From: Hyphobacterium sp.
GTDB lineage: Bacteria; Pseudomonadota; Alphaproteobacteria; Caulobacterales; Maricaulaceae
Reading direction: 5' to 3'
NCBI RefSeq assembly: GCF_965217055.1
Contig: NZ_OZ244227.1
Coordinates: 1,283,652-1,347,651 of the forward strand
Length of the DNA: 64,000 bases
The position numbers and the translations under genes are program-made. Below, one piece after another: positions 33,791 to 44,525 of this stretch. Each line of letters starts with the position of its first letter. Position 1 is the stretch's first letter. The notes beneath the pieces were generated by a model. That model did no database searches. It was not told the DNA's origin and saw only the letters and a list, made by a program, of their open reading frames with translations.

Positions 33791-36454
33791 CTATCTCAAG
33801 CGCCGTGAACGCGCTGGCGCAAGGATCACCGCGTTCAGGACGGCGAGATCGAGGCCGGTCTGGTAGGCGCGCGCGGTCGGATCCTGGGTAAAGGCGACGA
33901 CGAAGCCCGAGCCGATACGGCGCGACACCATGAACGGCTTGAAGGCGATCTGCTCGGCATTCTCGGCCCAGAGATAACCCGACGCGACGAGGTCGTCGGC
34001 CGCAGCAAAACGGAAGACGGTATCGGCCTCGTCGAGCGGCACGGTGGTGTAGATGTCAGATCCGGTCACCATCGTTGCAGCGCCGTTTTCATAGCCGGCC
34101 GACAGGAAGCTGTCGGGATTGGCAGTGATGTTGAGCAGCGCACCGGGTGAGACGTCAGGCCGGGCATTGCGCGGTTCGAGCGCCTCGCGCAACGCGGTTT
34201 CATCGGCGATCACGGTGCCGGCAACGGTGCCGCCTTCGCCATTTCCGTCGGTCGGCGTGTCGGCCGCGAGCTCGCGGCGGATCGGCAAGAGGTCGATGTC
34301 GGGATCGGTTACGAAGCGGGTGGCATCACCCAGCGCGACGAGCGTACCGCCAGCGCGGACAAAGCGCGACAGGGTCTCGGCACCGCTCTCGCCGATCTGG
34401 CGGCCATAGCCACTGCCGCGCTGCTCGGGCAGCAACAGCACGTCGAAACCGGACAAGTCGGCGAAGGCGAGGCGCGAGGCGCGGATCACCGTCACCGGCA
34501 GGCCATAGCGCTGCTCGAGCACATAGCGGAGCCCGCCGACGGAGTTCGGGTCCGTGCCCTCACCCCAGGCCATGGCGATGCGCGGCGCGACAATCTCGGC
34601 AAACTGGCCGGAGCCGAAATTCGGCCCGTCCTCGGTCCAGCTCGTGTCGAGACCGGCATAGGCCGCGCCAATGGTCCGCGCGTGCAACCGCATCATGGAA
34701 TCAAGACTGGCCGGCGCGCCGGCGCGGGGCACTACCACAGAGCCGGCCGGCCAGGTCTCGCCGTCAATCGTGAAGGCACTGCCCGCGGTGCGCATGGTGA
34801 CGCCCTCGGCCGCCAGACGCGCAACCAGTTGCGCCTGGCCGGCATCGGTCCAGGGAATGACATAGCCGAACTCGCCGCGTTCGCCGGTTTCGGCCTGCAC
34901 CGGATCGTCGGCGGTCACGGCCTCTCCCTGTGCGTCGGGGCGGGAGCGGCATTCCGTTGCCGTGACATTGAACATGACCGGCAACGACCAGGCGGTGACA
35001 TCGTACATTTCATGGTCGAGCCCGCGCAGGCGGCGGTCTTCCTGCTCGGTCAGGAAGTCTTCGGGGATCGGCGTGTCGCGTTCGAGCAGGGTGCGGGCCA
35101 GCTGTCCGGCCGGCTGGTTGAGTTGCACGAGGAAGCCGCCTTCGTCCAGCGTTTCGCCACACAGCGAGGTGCCGTCGTCGAGACGGGAAATCTCGATACC
35201 GTTGCGGGCGATCAGCCGCGCCAGCTGTTCGGCGCCCCAGCGATTGCCGGCGCGCGACAGCAGGACGGCGGCGGGGCCCTCATTGTCCCCGGCGGCAGCG
35301 GCGCGCGCCTCGGCATAGCCGCGCACAAAGCGTTCGCGGTTGGCCGCTGCCACTTCGGCGGTCGACAGGCCGGCGATGAAATGCTGCTCGACGCTGCGCG
35401 CATAGGTCAGGTCGTCGCCATTGCGGCGGGTCCAGACCAGGCCGCGCGCCGAACCCTGTTCATATGTGAAGGCAACACCGCCATGCAGCATCGGCCACGT
35501 GTCGCCATAGCCGGGATAGAAGGCATCGAAGATCTCGCGCGTGAAATAGTCATAGCCGAGCCGGTCGAACCAGCGCGCATTGTTCTGTCCGACAATGTCC
35601 TGCGCCTCGATCTGGCCGTCGCCCAGGACCGGATTGACCGGCGGAGCGACCGGCGGGAAGAAATAATTGAGGTCGCCGCCCATCTCGTGTGCATCGACGA
35701 TCACCATCGGCGACCAGTCCATCATGGCGGTGATGCGGCCGCGGGTTTCCGGCTGCGACTGGATGAACCAGTCGCGATTCATGTCGAAGAGGTAGTGATT
35801 GTGGCGCCCTCCGGGCCAGGGCTGGTCGTGTTCGGCCGACCAGCGAAAGCCGTCCGGCTGCAGTCCGCGCGCCTGGGTGAAGGAATTGACGAAACGGTTG
35901 CGGCCATCCGGGTTCTGGACCGGGTCGATGATGACCAGCGCGTCTTCGAAAATGGTCTCGGTAACCGGGTCGTTCTGGGCGGCGATCAGGTGATAGGCAG
36001 TGCGCAGCGCGGCATCGGTGGAGGATATCTCGTCGCCGTGAACGCCATAGGCGAGCCAGACGACAACCGGCAGGCGATCGATCAGCTCGCGGCGCTCGGC
36101 GGCGCTCAAGGCCCGGGGATCGGCCAGACGCTGCAAGTCCGCCTGAACCGTGTCGAGCCGCGCCATCAGATCGGCATTTCCGATGACGGCATAGACCAGC
36201 GGGCGGCCTTCCCAGCTTTCCGCGTAATCGAACACCTGCATGCGGTCCGGGGCCGCTGCGGCGAGCGTACGCAGATAGTTTACCGCGTCTTCCGGCGGGG
36301 TGATCTCCGCACCGAAATCATGCCCCAGGGCCGTTTCAAGATCGGGAATGTCGGGATCGTAGCGCGCGTCCAACGGTGTCGACGCCGTCTGGGCGAGAGC
36401 GGATGCGGTCACAAGCAGCCCGGCAACAAGCGCCGGCAGGATTCGATTCAGCAT
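33791..36454 (-). CDS. M14 family zinc carboxypeptidase-like protein, secreted, large C-terminal extension
   Basis: Signal peptide MLNRILPALVAGLLVTASALA/Q. WLAYGVHGDEISSTDAAL (HxxE zinc motif), then a later DAHEMGG region. Confidence 0.8.
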   Translation of the reverse strand: MLNRILPALVAGLLVTASALAQTASTPLDARYDPDIPDLETALGHDFGAEITPPEDAVNYLRTLAAAAPDRMQVFDYAESWEGRPLVYAVIGNADLMARLDTVQADLQRLADPRALSAAERRELIDRLPVVVWLAYGVHGDEISSTDAALRTAYHLIAAQNDPVTETIFEDALVIIDPVQNPDGRNRFVNSFTQARGLQPDGFRWSAEHDQPWPGGRHNHYLFDMNRDWFIQSQPETRGRITAMMDWSPMVIVDAHEMGGDLNYFFPPVAPPVNPVLGDGQIEAQDIVGQNNARWFDRLGYDYFTREIFDAFYPGYGDTWPMLHGGVAFTYEQGSARGLVWTRRNGDDLTYARSVEQHFIAGLSTAEVAAANRERFVRGYAEARAAAAGDNEGPAAVLLSRAGNRWGAEQLARLIARNGIEISRLDDGTSLCGETLDEGGFLVQLNQPAGQLARTLLERDTPIPEDFLTEQEDRRLRGLDHEMYDVTAWSLPVMFNVTATECRSRPDAQGEAVTADDPVQAETGERGEFGYVIPWTDAGQAQLVARLAAEGVTMRTAGSAFTIDGETWPAGSVVVPRAGAPASLDSMMRLHARTIGAAYAGLDTSWTEDGPNFGSGQFAEIVAPRIAMAWGEGTDPNSVGGLRYVLEQRYGLPVTVIRASRLAFADLSGFDVLLLPEQRGSGYGRQIGESGAETLSRFVRAGGTLVALGDATRFVTDPDIDLLPIRRELAADTPTDGNGEGGTVAGTVIADETALREALEPRNARPDVSPGALLNITANPDSFLSAGYENGAATMVTGSDIYTTVPLDEADTVFRFAAADDLVASGYLWAENAEQIAFKPFMVSRRIGSGFVVAFTQDPTARAYQTGLDLAVLNAVILAPARSRRLR

Positions 36455-36481
36455 GTTTTTCCCCGATCTGGAAGGCAGATA

Positions 36482-36513
36482 CAAAACGGCCCGGCGGAGA
36501 ATGCGCCGGGCCG
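36482..36513 (-). terminator. Intrinsic terminator after dcp
   Basis: CGGCCCGGCG-N7-CGCCGGGCCG. On the minus strand it is followed by TTTTGT. Confidence 0.75.
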
Positions 36514-36528
36514 CTTGAAAAGGCGAGG

Positions 36529-38790
36529 CTAGTCGTTGTTGGCGTCGTCTTCGCCACCGGCGCCGTCCGCATTCTCCGGTACCGGGAAGCCGCGATCGCG
36601 CATCAGCGGCGCAATGTCGGCGTCACGGCCGCGGAAGGCGCGGTAGGCTTCGGCCGGATCGACCGAATTGCGCGGTGCGAACAGATTGTCGACCAGGCTC
36701 TGAGCCAGGGTCTGGTCGTAGAAACCGCCAGGCGCCTGGGCGAAGGCTTCGGCGGCATCCGAGGTCAGCACGTCCGCCCACATGTAGCCGTAATAGCCGG
36801 CGGAATAGCCTTCACCGGAGAAGATGTGCCCGAAATGGGTCGAACGGTGCCGCATCGGCAGCTCGTCCGGCATGCCGAGCCGTTCCAGCGTCTCGCGTTC
36901 GAATGCGTCCGGGTCGATGCCGTCCGGATCTGTGGTGTGATACGCCATGTCGACCAGGGCCGAGGCGAGATACTCCGTCGTCGCGAAGCCCTGGTTGAAG
37001 GTCGAAGCGGCCTGGATACGCTCGACCAGCTCGTCCGGCATGGGTTCGCCGGTCTCGACATGGACAAAATAGTTCTCGATCACCGGCTCGGTGAACAGCC
37101 AGCGCTCGAGCAATTGCGACTGGAATTCGGTGTAGTCGCGCACACCGCCATTGAGCGTCGGATAGGCGACGTTCGAGGACAGGGTGTGCAGGGCATGACC
37201 GAATTCGTGGAAGAAGGTGTTGGCGTCATCCCAGGAGATCAGCACCGGCTCGCCGGGTCCCGGCTTGACGAAGTTGGAATTGTTCGTCGAGAGCGGCGTC
37301 TGCTGTCCGTCATAGGTAGTGTGACCGCGGAACGAGGAAGCCCAGGCGCCGGACCGTTTTCCGGTGCGGGCGAACGGATCGAGATACCAGACGCCGACAT
37401 GCTCGCCGCTGTCGCTGTCGGTGACTTCATAGACCGTGACGTCCTCGTGCCAGACCGGAACCGAGCCTTCCGGCACCGGGGTGAACTCGAAATTGAAGAG
37501 TTCGCCGGCGACGTAGAACATCGCGTCGAGCAGATTGTCGAGCTGCAGGTATTGGCGCACCTCGTTGGAATCGAGATCGTAGCGGTCCTGACGGATCAGC
37601 TCCATGTAGTAGCGGTAATCCCAAGGCTCGATGGTTATGTCGTCGCCGCGCTCATCGGCCAGCGCCTGCATGTCGGCGACTTCCTCGGCAACCCGGCCGA
37701 TCGCTGCCGGCCAGACCGCTTCCATCAATTCCATGGCGCGTTCCGGCGTGCCGGCCATGCGGTTTTCCAGCCGCCACTGGGCGTAGTTGTCATAACCCAG
37801 CAATCCGACACGCTCGTCGCGCAATTGCAGGATCTCGGCAATGATCGCGTTGTTGTCGAACTCGTCGCCATTGTCGCCGCGATTGTAATAGGTCCGCCAC
37901 ACGGTCTCGCGGAGGTCACGCTCGGTCGAGAAGGTGAGGAAGGGGTCCATGGAGGAGCGGGTATTGGTGATCGCGTATTCGCCGTCACGGCCGCGCTCGG
38001 CAGCAGCCGCCGCATAGGCGTTGACCACGGATTGCGGCAGGCCGCCCAGCTGGTCTTCCGTGATGTAGGTGACGTAGGCTTCCTCGTCGTTCAGCACATT
38101 GTTGGCGAATTGCGTATGCAGCTCGGACAGGCGCTGATTGATCTCGGCATAGCGCTCGGCGGCTTCGCCCTCGAGCGTGGCGCCATTGCGGGCAAAGCCG
38201 TCATAGATGATCGTGACGAGGCGCTGTTGGTCGGCGCGCAGATCGTCCATCTGCTCGTCATGCACGGTGCGGATGCGCTCGAACAGGGCCGCGTTCTGGG
38301 TGATCTGCGAATTGTAAGCCGCGAGTTCCGGCGACAGCTCGCGCTGTAATTCGCGAAATTCCGGGCTCGACATGTTGGACGACCAGATGCCCCAGAAATT
38401 GAAGACGCGGCCCAACGGCTGGCCGGACCGTTCCATGGCAACGATCGTGTTCTCGAATGTCGGCGGTTCCGGATTGTTGGCGATCTCCTCGATCTCGGCG
38501 AGGTGCGCAGCCATTCCGGCACGGACCGCCGGCGCCAGCATGTCGAGCTCGGCCGCGTCAAATTGCGGGACGCCGCCATAGGGGCCGGACAGTTCGGCGA
38601 GCAGCGGATTGGATTCGAGTTCGGCTTGCCAATCGATTTCGGCGGTTTCCGTCTGGTCGTTCGCCGCTGCGTCTTCCGACGCCGCTTCCGGGGTCATCGC
38701 TTCGGTATCGGCCTCATCTGCGACCGGCTCACCGCAAGCGGCGAGGGCCAGTGCAGCCAGGCTGGTCGAGGTGATCAAAAGGCGTTTCAT
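36529..38790 (-). CDS. dcp: M3 family peptidyl-dipeptidase (Dcp-like), lipoprotein signal
   Basis: HEFGHALH zinc motif and M3 layout. N-terminus MKRLLITSTSLAALALAAC (lipobox) from ATG 38790. Confidence 0.85.
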   Translation of the reverse strand: MKRLLITSTSLAALALAACGEPVADEADTEAMTPEAASEDAAANDQTETAEIDWQAELESNPLLAELSGPYGGVPQFDAAELDMLAPAVRAGMAAHLAEIEEIANNPEPPTFENTIVAMERSGQPLGRVFNFWGIWSSNMSSPEFRELQRELSPELAAYNSQITQNAALFERIRTVHDEQMDDLRADQQRLVTIIYDGFARNGATLEGEAAERYAEINQRLSELHTQFANNVLNDEEAYVTYITEDQLGGLPQSVVNAYAAAAAERGRDGEYAITNTRSSMDPFLTFSTERDLRETVWRTYYNRGDNGDEFDNNAIIAEILQLRDERVGLLGYDNYAQWRLENRMAGTPERAMELMEAVWPAAIGRVAEEVADMQALADERGDDITIEPWDYRYYMELIRQDRYDLDSNEVRQYLQLDNLLDAMFYVAGELFNFEFTPVPEGSVPVWHEDVTVYEVTDSDSGEHVGVWYLDPFARTGKRSGAWASSFRGHTTYDGQQTPLSTNNSNFVKPGPGEPVLISWDDANTFFHEFGHALHTLSSNVAYPTLNGGVRDYTEFQSQLLERWLFTEPVIENYFVHVETGEPMPDELVERIQAASTFNQGFATTEYLASALVDMAYHTTDPDGIDPDAFERETLERLGMPDELPMRHRSTHFGHIFSGEGYSAGYYGYMWADVLTSDAAEAFAQAPGGFYDQTLAQSLVDNLFAPRNSVDPAEAYRAFRGRDADIAPLMRDRGFPVPENADGAGGEDDANND

Positions 38791-39016
38791 CGGGGCACTC
38801 CAATATATCGGACTGAATTTGGCGCGGACCCTAGCGCCACAAGGCGAAACCGCAAATGGCGCAGGGCCACTCATTGCAGAAGGTTAATATTCGAACTTGG
38901 GTCGCATGCTGCCGTGAGACACAACGCCACATTCTTTTTGTGGGAAATCCCCGGATAACCTTCCCCTAGCTGTGGTTTCTGCACAGGCTGGGACTTTACG
39001 ATCTGGGGGACAATCC

Positions 39017-40672
39017 ATGTCGCAATCGAATGCGATGCCGGTGAGGTCATCTGGCCTCGACGGGATGCTGATCGGGCTGATCTGCATTCTCGGCGCTTTC
39101 TGGAGCCTGATGGCGGCGGCCCGCGGTGTCGATCCGCAAATGGTCGCGCATGGCTGGTTGATGCTGGGCGGGTTCGTTGTCGGACTGACCCTGCTGGTCA
39201 ACGCGTTTTCCGGTCATGGCCGTTTCGAGGAAAGCGGGCTTTATCATGACAATGTCATCAAGGCCGGCGCGATCGCGACCATGGTATGGGCGATCGCCGG
39301 TCTGCTGGTCGGCGTCATCATCGCCGCGCAACTGGCCTGGCCGAACATCTTCTATTTCGAGCAATTCGGTTTCCTGAATTTCGGCCGGCTGCGGCCGCTG
39401 CATACGTCGGCCGTGATCTTCGCCTTCGGCGGCAATGCGCTGATCGCGACCTCCTTCTACGTGGTGCAGCGCACCAGCCGGGCCCGTCTCGCCGGCGGGC
39501 TGTGGCCTTGGTTCGTGTTCTGGGGCTACCAGTTCTTCATCCTGATCGCCGCGACAGGCTATCTGATGGGCGTCACCCAGGCGCAGGAATATGCCGAACC
39601 GGAATGGTATGCTGACATTTGGCTGACGATTGTCTGGGTCGCCTATCTCGGCGTCTTCCTCGGAACGCTGTGGAAGCGCAAGGAGCCGCACATCTATGTG
39701 GCGAACTGGTTCTACCTTGCCTTCATCGTGACGATCGCGGTGCTGCACATCGTCAACAATCTGTCGATCCCGGTCGATCCGTTCGGTTCGTTCAGCTACC
39801 GGGTCTTTGCCGGCGTGCAGAATGCGCTGACACAATGGTGGTATGGCCACAACGCGGTCGGCTTTTTCCTGACCGCCGGCTTCCTCGGCATCATGTATTA
39901 TTTCATCCCGAAGCGGGTCGAGCGGCCGGTCTATTCCTACCGGCTGTCGATCGTGCACTTCTGGACGCTGATCTTCATCTATATCTGGGCCGGCCCGCAC
40001 CATCTGCACTACACGGCACTGCCGGAATGGGCGCAGACGCTGGGCATGACTTTCTCGGTGATGCTGTGGATGCCGTCCTGGGGCGGCATGATCAACGGGC
40101 TGATGACGCTGTCAGGGGCCTGGGACAAGCTGCGCACCGACCCGGTCGTGCGGATGCTCGTGGTCTCGGTGGCGTTCTACGGCATGTCGACGTTTGAAGG
40201 TCCGCTGATGAGTGTGCGCGCCGTCAACGCGCTGTCGCACTATACCGACTGGACGATCGGCCATGTGCATTCCGGCGCGCTGGGCTGGGTCGGCATGATC
40301 TCGTTCGGTGCCCTCTACTGCATGATTCCCTGGCTATGGAAGCGCAAGGGCATGTGGAGCCGCGCCCTGATCGAATGGCATTTCTGGCTCGCGACGATCG
40401 GCATCCTTCTCTACATCGCAGCGATGTGGCCGTCGGGCATCACGCAGGGCCTGATGTGGCGCGCCTACAATGATCTCGGCTTCCTCGAATACTCCTTCAT
40501 CGAGACGGTCGAGGCGATGCACCCGTATTACATCATCCGCGCGGCTGGCGGGCTTCTCTTCCTGCTCGGCGCCCTGCTGATGGCGTTCAACATGTACAAG
40601 ACGATCAAGGGCGATGTGAGCGAGACCGAAGATGTGGTCACGCCGCAACCCCGTGCGATCCCGGCGGAATAG
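39017..40672 (+). CDS. ccoN: Cytochrome cbb3 oxidase subunit I
   Basis: 12+ TM helices. [33 protein letters not shown] and GPHHLHYT motifs. ATG 39017. Confidence 0.95.
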   Translation: MSQSNAMPVRSSGLDGMLIGLICILGAFWSLMAAARGVDPQMVAHGWLMLGGFVVGLTLLVNAFSGHGRFEESGLYHDNVIKAGAIATMVWAIAGLLVGVIIAAQLAWPNIFYFEQFGFLNFGRLRPLHTSAVIFAFGGNALIATSFYVVQRTSRARLAGGLWPWFVFWGYQFFILIAATGYLMGVTQAQEYAEPEWYADIWLTIVWVAYLGVFLGTLWKRKEPHIYVANWFYLAFIVTIAVLHIVNNLSIPVDPFGSFSYRVFAGVQNALTQWWYGHNAVGFFLTAGFLGIMYYFIPKRVERPVYSYRLSIVHFWTLIFIYIWAGPHHLHYTALPEWAQTLGMTFSVMLWMPSWGGMINGLMTLSGAWDKLRTDPVVRMLVVSVAFYGMSTFEGPLMSVRAVNALSHYTDWTIGHVHSGALGWVGMISFGALYCMIPWLWKRKGMWSRALIEWHFWLATIGILLYIAAMWPSGITQGLMWRAYNDLGFLEYSFIETVEAMHPYYIIRAAGGLLFLLGALLMAFNMYKTIKGDVSETEDVVTPQPRAIPAE

Positions 40673-40683
40673 GAGCAGGGATA

Positions 40684-41439
40684 ATGGCTGACACACAAGA
40701 AAAGCAGAGCCTGCACCAGAAGTTCTTCGAGAAGAACTCGCTGATCCTGACGGTCGGAATCATCCTGACCATCTCGGTTGGCGGGCTGATCGAGATCGCA
40801 CCGCTCTTCTATCTCAACTCGACGATCGAAGAGGTCGACGGGGTGCGGCCCTACACGCCGCTGGAACTGATGGGCCGGCAGATCTACATGCGCGAGGGCT
40901 GCTATAACTGCCACTCGCAGATGATCCGCCCGCTGCGCGACGAGGTGGAGCGTTACGGGCATTACTCGCTGGCCGCGGAAAGCATGTATGACCGCCCCTT
41001 CCAGTGGGGGTCGAAGCGGACCGGGCCAGACCTGGCGCGGGTTGGCGGGCGCTATTCGGATGAATGGCACCGCGATCATCTGATCCATCCGCAGTCCGTC
41101 GTGCCGGAATCGATCATGCCGCCCTATGCCTTCCTGCAGGACGCGGCGCTCGATTATTCGACGATCGAGGCGCATTTGCGGGTCAATCGCTTCCTCGGCG
41201 TGCCCTATTCCGACGCGGCGATCGAGAATGCCCGCGCCGACCTGGAAGCGCAGGTCGACGAGTTCTCGTCCGGCTATGACGATCTGATCGCCCGCTATCC
41301 CGGAGCGCAGATCCGCAATTTTGACGGCAATGCGGACACGATCACCGAGATGGACGCGCTGATCGCCTATCTGCAGGTCCTCGGCACGATGGTGGATTTC
41401 TCCACCTACGAGCCGGAGGCCGAGGCCAACCAGCGCTAG
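40684..41439 (+). CDS. ccoO: Cytochrome cbb3 oxidase mono-heme subunit II
   Basis: N-terminal TM helix. [11 protein letters not shown] heme c site and [16 protein letters not shown]. Confidence 0.95.
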   Translation: MADTQEKQSLHQKFFEKNSLILTVGIILTISVGGLIEIAPLFYLNSTIEEVDGVRPYTPLELMGRQIYMREGCYNCHSQMIRPLRDEVERYGHYSLAAESMYDRPFQWGSKRTGPDLARVGGRYSDEWHRDHLIHPQSVVPESIMPPYAFLQDAALDYSTIEAHLRVNRFLGVPYSDAAIENARADLEAQVDEFSSGYDDLIARYPGAQIRNFDGNADTITEMDALIAYLQVLGTMVDFSTYEPEAEANQR

Positions 41440-41449
41440 GGGCGGCGGA

Positions 41450-41638
41450 ATGTACGAATCTCTCGCCAGCTTCGCACAGACCTGGGGGTTGCTGTTCTTC
41501 TTCGCCGTGTTCATCGGCGTGCTGGTCTACGCGCTGTGGCCGAAGAACCGCGAAAAATTCGATGCCGCGGCGCGCATGCCGCTGAATGATGACAGCCCGA
41601 CCGGTGCGGACGGGAAAGAGGATGACCGCGATGACTGA
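41450..41638 (+). CDS. ccoQ: cbb3 oxidase small subunit CcoQ
   Basis: 62 aa, single TM helix (WGLLFFFAVFIGVLVYALWP), positioned between ccoO and ccoP. Confidence 0.8.
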   Translation: MYESLASFAQTWGLLFFFAVFIGVLVYALWPKNREKFDAAARMPLNDDSPTGADGKEDDRDD

Positions 41639-42545
41639 CAAGGAAATCGATCAGGAAACCGGCACCGAAACGACCGGTCATGAATGGGACGGTATCAAGG
41701 AGCTGGACAATCCGCTGCCGCGCTGGTGGCTGTGGGTTTTCTACACGTCGATCGTCTGGTCGGTCGTCTACTGGGTGCTGATGCCGGCCTGGCCGGCTCC
41801 GCCTGGCCTGCAGGGACATACCGAAGGCGTTGTCGGCAATTCGGAACGGGTCAATGTGGCCGCCGACATGGATGCGCTGCAGGCTTCGCGCTCGGGACTC
41901 TACGGTGAATTGCAGGCGGCGGGGAGCTATCAGGCGATCGAGGCCGACCCGGTCCTGTTCCGGTTCGCGCTGGCGGCCGGCGATTCGGCGTTCGGGAATT
42001 TCTGCGCAACCTGCCATGGTGCCGGTGCGCAGGGTTTTGCCGGCTATCCCAATCTTAATGATGATGACTGGCTGTGGGGCGGCACGTTCGACGATATCCG
42101 CCACACGCTGGTGGTCGGCATCCGGGCGGATCATCCCGAGACGCGTTTCTCGCAGATGCCGGCCTATGGCGCGGACGGGCTCCTGTCGCGCGAGGAGATC
42201 CGGCAAGTGCGCGACTATGTGCTCAACCTTTCGGGTGAAACCGGCTTTGACGCCGCGGCGCTCGAAGCGGGCGGCGAGATCTTCGCTGCGCAGTGCGCGA
42301 CCTGTCATGGCGCGGACGGTACCGGCGATCCCAGCCAGGGCGCGCCCAATCTGACCGATGCCATCTGGCTCTATGGGAGCTCTCCGGAACAGGTCGAGAC
42401 CACGATCTGGCGCGGCCCGTACGGCGTCATGCCGGCCTGGGAAGGGCGGCTCGATGATCCGACGATCACGGCGCTGGCCACCTATGTCTATTCGCTCGGC
42501 GGCGGGCAGAGCGCAGATACAAGCGAGGGTGCGGCGGGCGAATAG
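41631..42545 (+). CDS. ccoP: Cytochrome cbb3 oxidase di-heme subunit III
   Basis: TTGHEWDGIKELDNPLPRWW start, two CxxCH sites (CATCHG twice). The start overlaps the ccoQ stop. Confidence 0.9.
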   Translation: MTDKEIDQETGTETTGHEWDGIKELDNPLPRWWLWVFYTSIVWSVVYWVLMPAWPAPPGLQGHTEGVVGNSERVNVAADMDALQASRSGLYGELQAAGSYQAIEADPVLFRFALAAGDSAFGNFCATCHGAGAQGFAGYPNLNDDDWLWGGTFDDIRHTLVVGIRADHPETRFSQMPAYGADGLLSREEIRQVRDYVLNLSGETGFDAAALEAGGEIFAAQCATCHGADGTGDPSQGAPNLTDAIWLYGSSPEQVETTIWRGPYGVMPAWEGRLDDPTITALATYVYSLGGGQSADTSEGAAGE

Positions 42546-42585
42546 CCACATCCTCCTTTCGCCTTTTTAGAGGCATTATAAACAA

Positions 42586-44067
42586 ATGAGCACGGCCCCC
42601 TCTTCCCCCCAGGCCGCCGACGGCGTTCGGCAAGTCGATGTCGAAGCGGTCAACGACCCGGTCAAGCGCAAACTCTACAAGAAGCGCGAGCCGATCTATC
42701 CCAAGCTGGTGCACGGCAAGTTCCGGCTCGCCAAATGGGTGTTCATGATCGTCGCACTCGGGGCGTATTACTTCATTCCCTTCCTGCGCTGGGATCGCGG
42801 CCCCTCGGCCCCGGACCAGGCCGTGCTCGTCGATTTCGAGGGGCGGCGTTTCTATTTCTTCTTCATCGAGATCTGGCCGCAGGAAATCTATTACATTTCC
42901 GGCCTGCTGATCATCGCCGCGCTGTCGCTGTTCCTCGTCTCGGCGCTGTTCGGGCGGGTGTGGTGCGGCTATGCCTGCCCGCAGACTGTGTGGACCGATC
43001 TGTTCATCGCGGTCGAGCGCCTGTTCGAGGGTGACCGAAACAAGCGGATCAAGCTCGATCGCGCGAAATGGTCGTTCAACAAGGCCTGGCGGAAGGCCGG
43101 CAAGCATGCTGTCTGGCTGCTGATTGCGGCGGCGACCGGCGGCGCCTGGATCCTGTATTTCCACGACGCCTATGACACGCTGTCACATTTCTTCACCGGC
43201 GGATCGCCGATCTCGGCCTACCTGTTCTTCGGCGTTCTGACCTTCACCACCTATACGCTGGCCGGCACGATGCGCGAACAGGTGTGCACCTATATGTGCC
43301 CGTGGCCGCGGATCCAGGCGGCGATGACCGATCGCGACGCGCTGAACGTCGTCTACCGGGTCGATCGGGGCGAACCGCGCGGCGCGCACAAGAAGGGCGA
43401 GCCCTGGGACGGCCGCGGCGATTGCATCGACTGCAAGGCGTGCGTGGCGGCCTGCCCGATGGGAATCGACATCCGCAACGGGTCGCAGCTCGAATGTATC
43501 CAGTGCGCGCTGTGCATCGATGCCTGCGACGACATCATGAAGAAGGTCGACCGCCCGACCGGGCTGATCGCCTATGACACCGACGTCAATATCGACCGCC
43601 GGCAGGCCGGCCAGGCGCCAGTCTACCGCTTCCTGCGGCCGCGCGTGCTCGTCTATGGCCTGTCGCTCGCGATCGCTTGCACGATCATGCTCGCCGGGCT
43701 GACGACGCGGGCCAGTCTCGACGTCAATGTGACGCGCGACCGCAATCCGAACTTCGTGCAATTGTCGGACGGGTCGGTACGCAATGGCTACACGCTGAAA
43801 GTCATCAACCGCACGCATGCGGACGCGACCTACGAGATCGACATCGATGGACCGGACGGGCTCGACTGGCGCATTCTGGGCCAGAACGCCGCGCGCGGCC
43901 TGACCGTCGATGTGCCGGCCGAGCGGACCCAGGATTTCCGTATTTTCCTGACACTGTCGCCGGAAGCGGTGACGGCCGCCAATCAGCCGGTTACCTTCAC
44001 CCTCCGTCCACAGGGCTCCGATGAAAGCCGGACGGCGGATACTGTCTTCCTGACCGGGGCACGCTGA
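42586..44067 (+). CDS. ccoG: cbb3 oxidase accessory 4Fe-4S protein CcoG/FixG
   Basis: CGYACPQTVW, CIDCKACVAACPMGIDIR and CIQCALCIDAC ferredoxin motifs, plus TM helices. Confidence 0.9.
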   Translation: MSTAPSSPQAADGVRQVDVEAVNDPVKRKLYKKREPIYPKLVHGKFRLAKWVFMIVALGAYYFIPFLRWDRGPSAPDQAVLVDFEGRRFYFFFIEIWPQEIYYISGLLIIAALSLFLVSALFGRVWCGYACPQTVWTDLFIAVERLFEGDRNKRIKLDRAKWSFNKAWRKAGKHAVWLLIAAATGGAWILYFHDAYDTLSHFFTGGSPISAYLFFGVLTFTTYTLAGTMREQVCTYMCPWPRIQAAMTDRDALNVVYRVDRGEPRGAHKKGEPWDGRGDCIDCKACVAACPMGIDIRNGSQLECIQCALCIDACDDIMKKVDRPTGLIAYDTDVNIDRRQAGQAPVYRFLRPRVLVYGLSLAIACTIMLAGLTTRASLDVNVTRDRNPNFVQLSDGSVRNGYTLKVINRTHADATYEIDIDGPDGLDWRILGQNAARGLTVDVPAERTQDFRIFLTLSPEAVTAANQPVTFTLRPQGSDESRTADTVFLTGAR

Positions 44068-44525
44068 TGATCAAGGAAATCAAGGGCCGGCATGTGCTGA
44101 TCGCGCTGATCGTGTTCTTCGGCATCATCATTGCGGTCGACGCGTTTTTCGTGACCACGGCGCTGCGCACCTTCCGCGGTGAGGACGAGCCGCGCTCCTA
44201 TGTGCAAGGCATCAATTACAATGATGTGCTGGAGCGACGGGCCCTTCAGGTTCAGATCGGATGGGGCGCTTCGAGCATAATCGCGCCGTCAGGTGTCATC
44301 CTCTATATTTGCGATGCCGGCGGCGATCCGGTCAGCGGGCTAAGGCTCGATGCACGCCTCCGGCATCCGGCCGATGCAACGCTGGATCTGCCCCTGACGC
44401 TGACGGAGACGGAAGCGGGCCGCTACGCCCAGGCTTTCGAAGTGCCGCGCGGACGCTGGACGCTGGTGGTCTCAACGTCCGAAGGCCCGCCCTTTGAACT
44501 GGAGCAAGATGTATGGCTGCGCTAG
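44067..44525 (+). CDS. fixH: FixH family protein
   Basis: 152 aa, N-terminal TM helix, sits between ccoG and the P-type ATPase. The start overlaps the ccoG stop. Confidence 0.8.
   Translation: MIKEIKGRHVLIALIVFFGIIIAVDAFFVTTALRTFRGEDEPRSYVQGINYNDVLERRALQVQIGWGASSIIAPSGVILYICDAGGDPVSGLRLDARLRHPADATLDLPLTLTETEAGRYAQAFEVPRGRWTLVVSTSEGPPFELEQDVWLR

Noticed and set aside
34682-38349. Two very long plus-strand ORFs (34682..36532 and 36376..38349).
   Set aside because: They are antisense to the M14 and M3 peptidase genes, which carry HxxE and HEFGH motifs. The plus-strand translations are low-complexity.
38791-39016. FNR/FixK box upstream of ccoN.
   Set aside because: TTGCA-gaag-GTTAA (38874-38887) and TTGTG-ggaa-ATCCC (38938-38951) each match only about 6 of 10 consensus positions. 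That is too weak to call.
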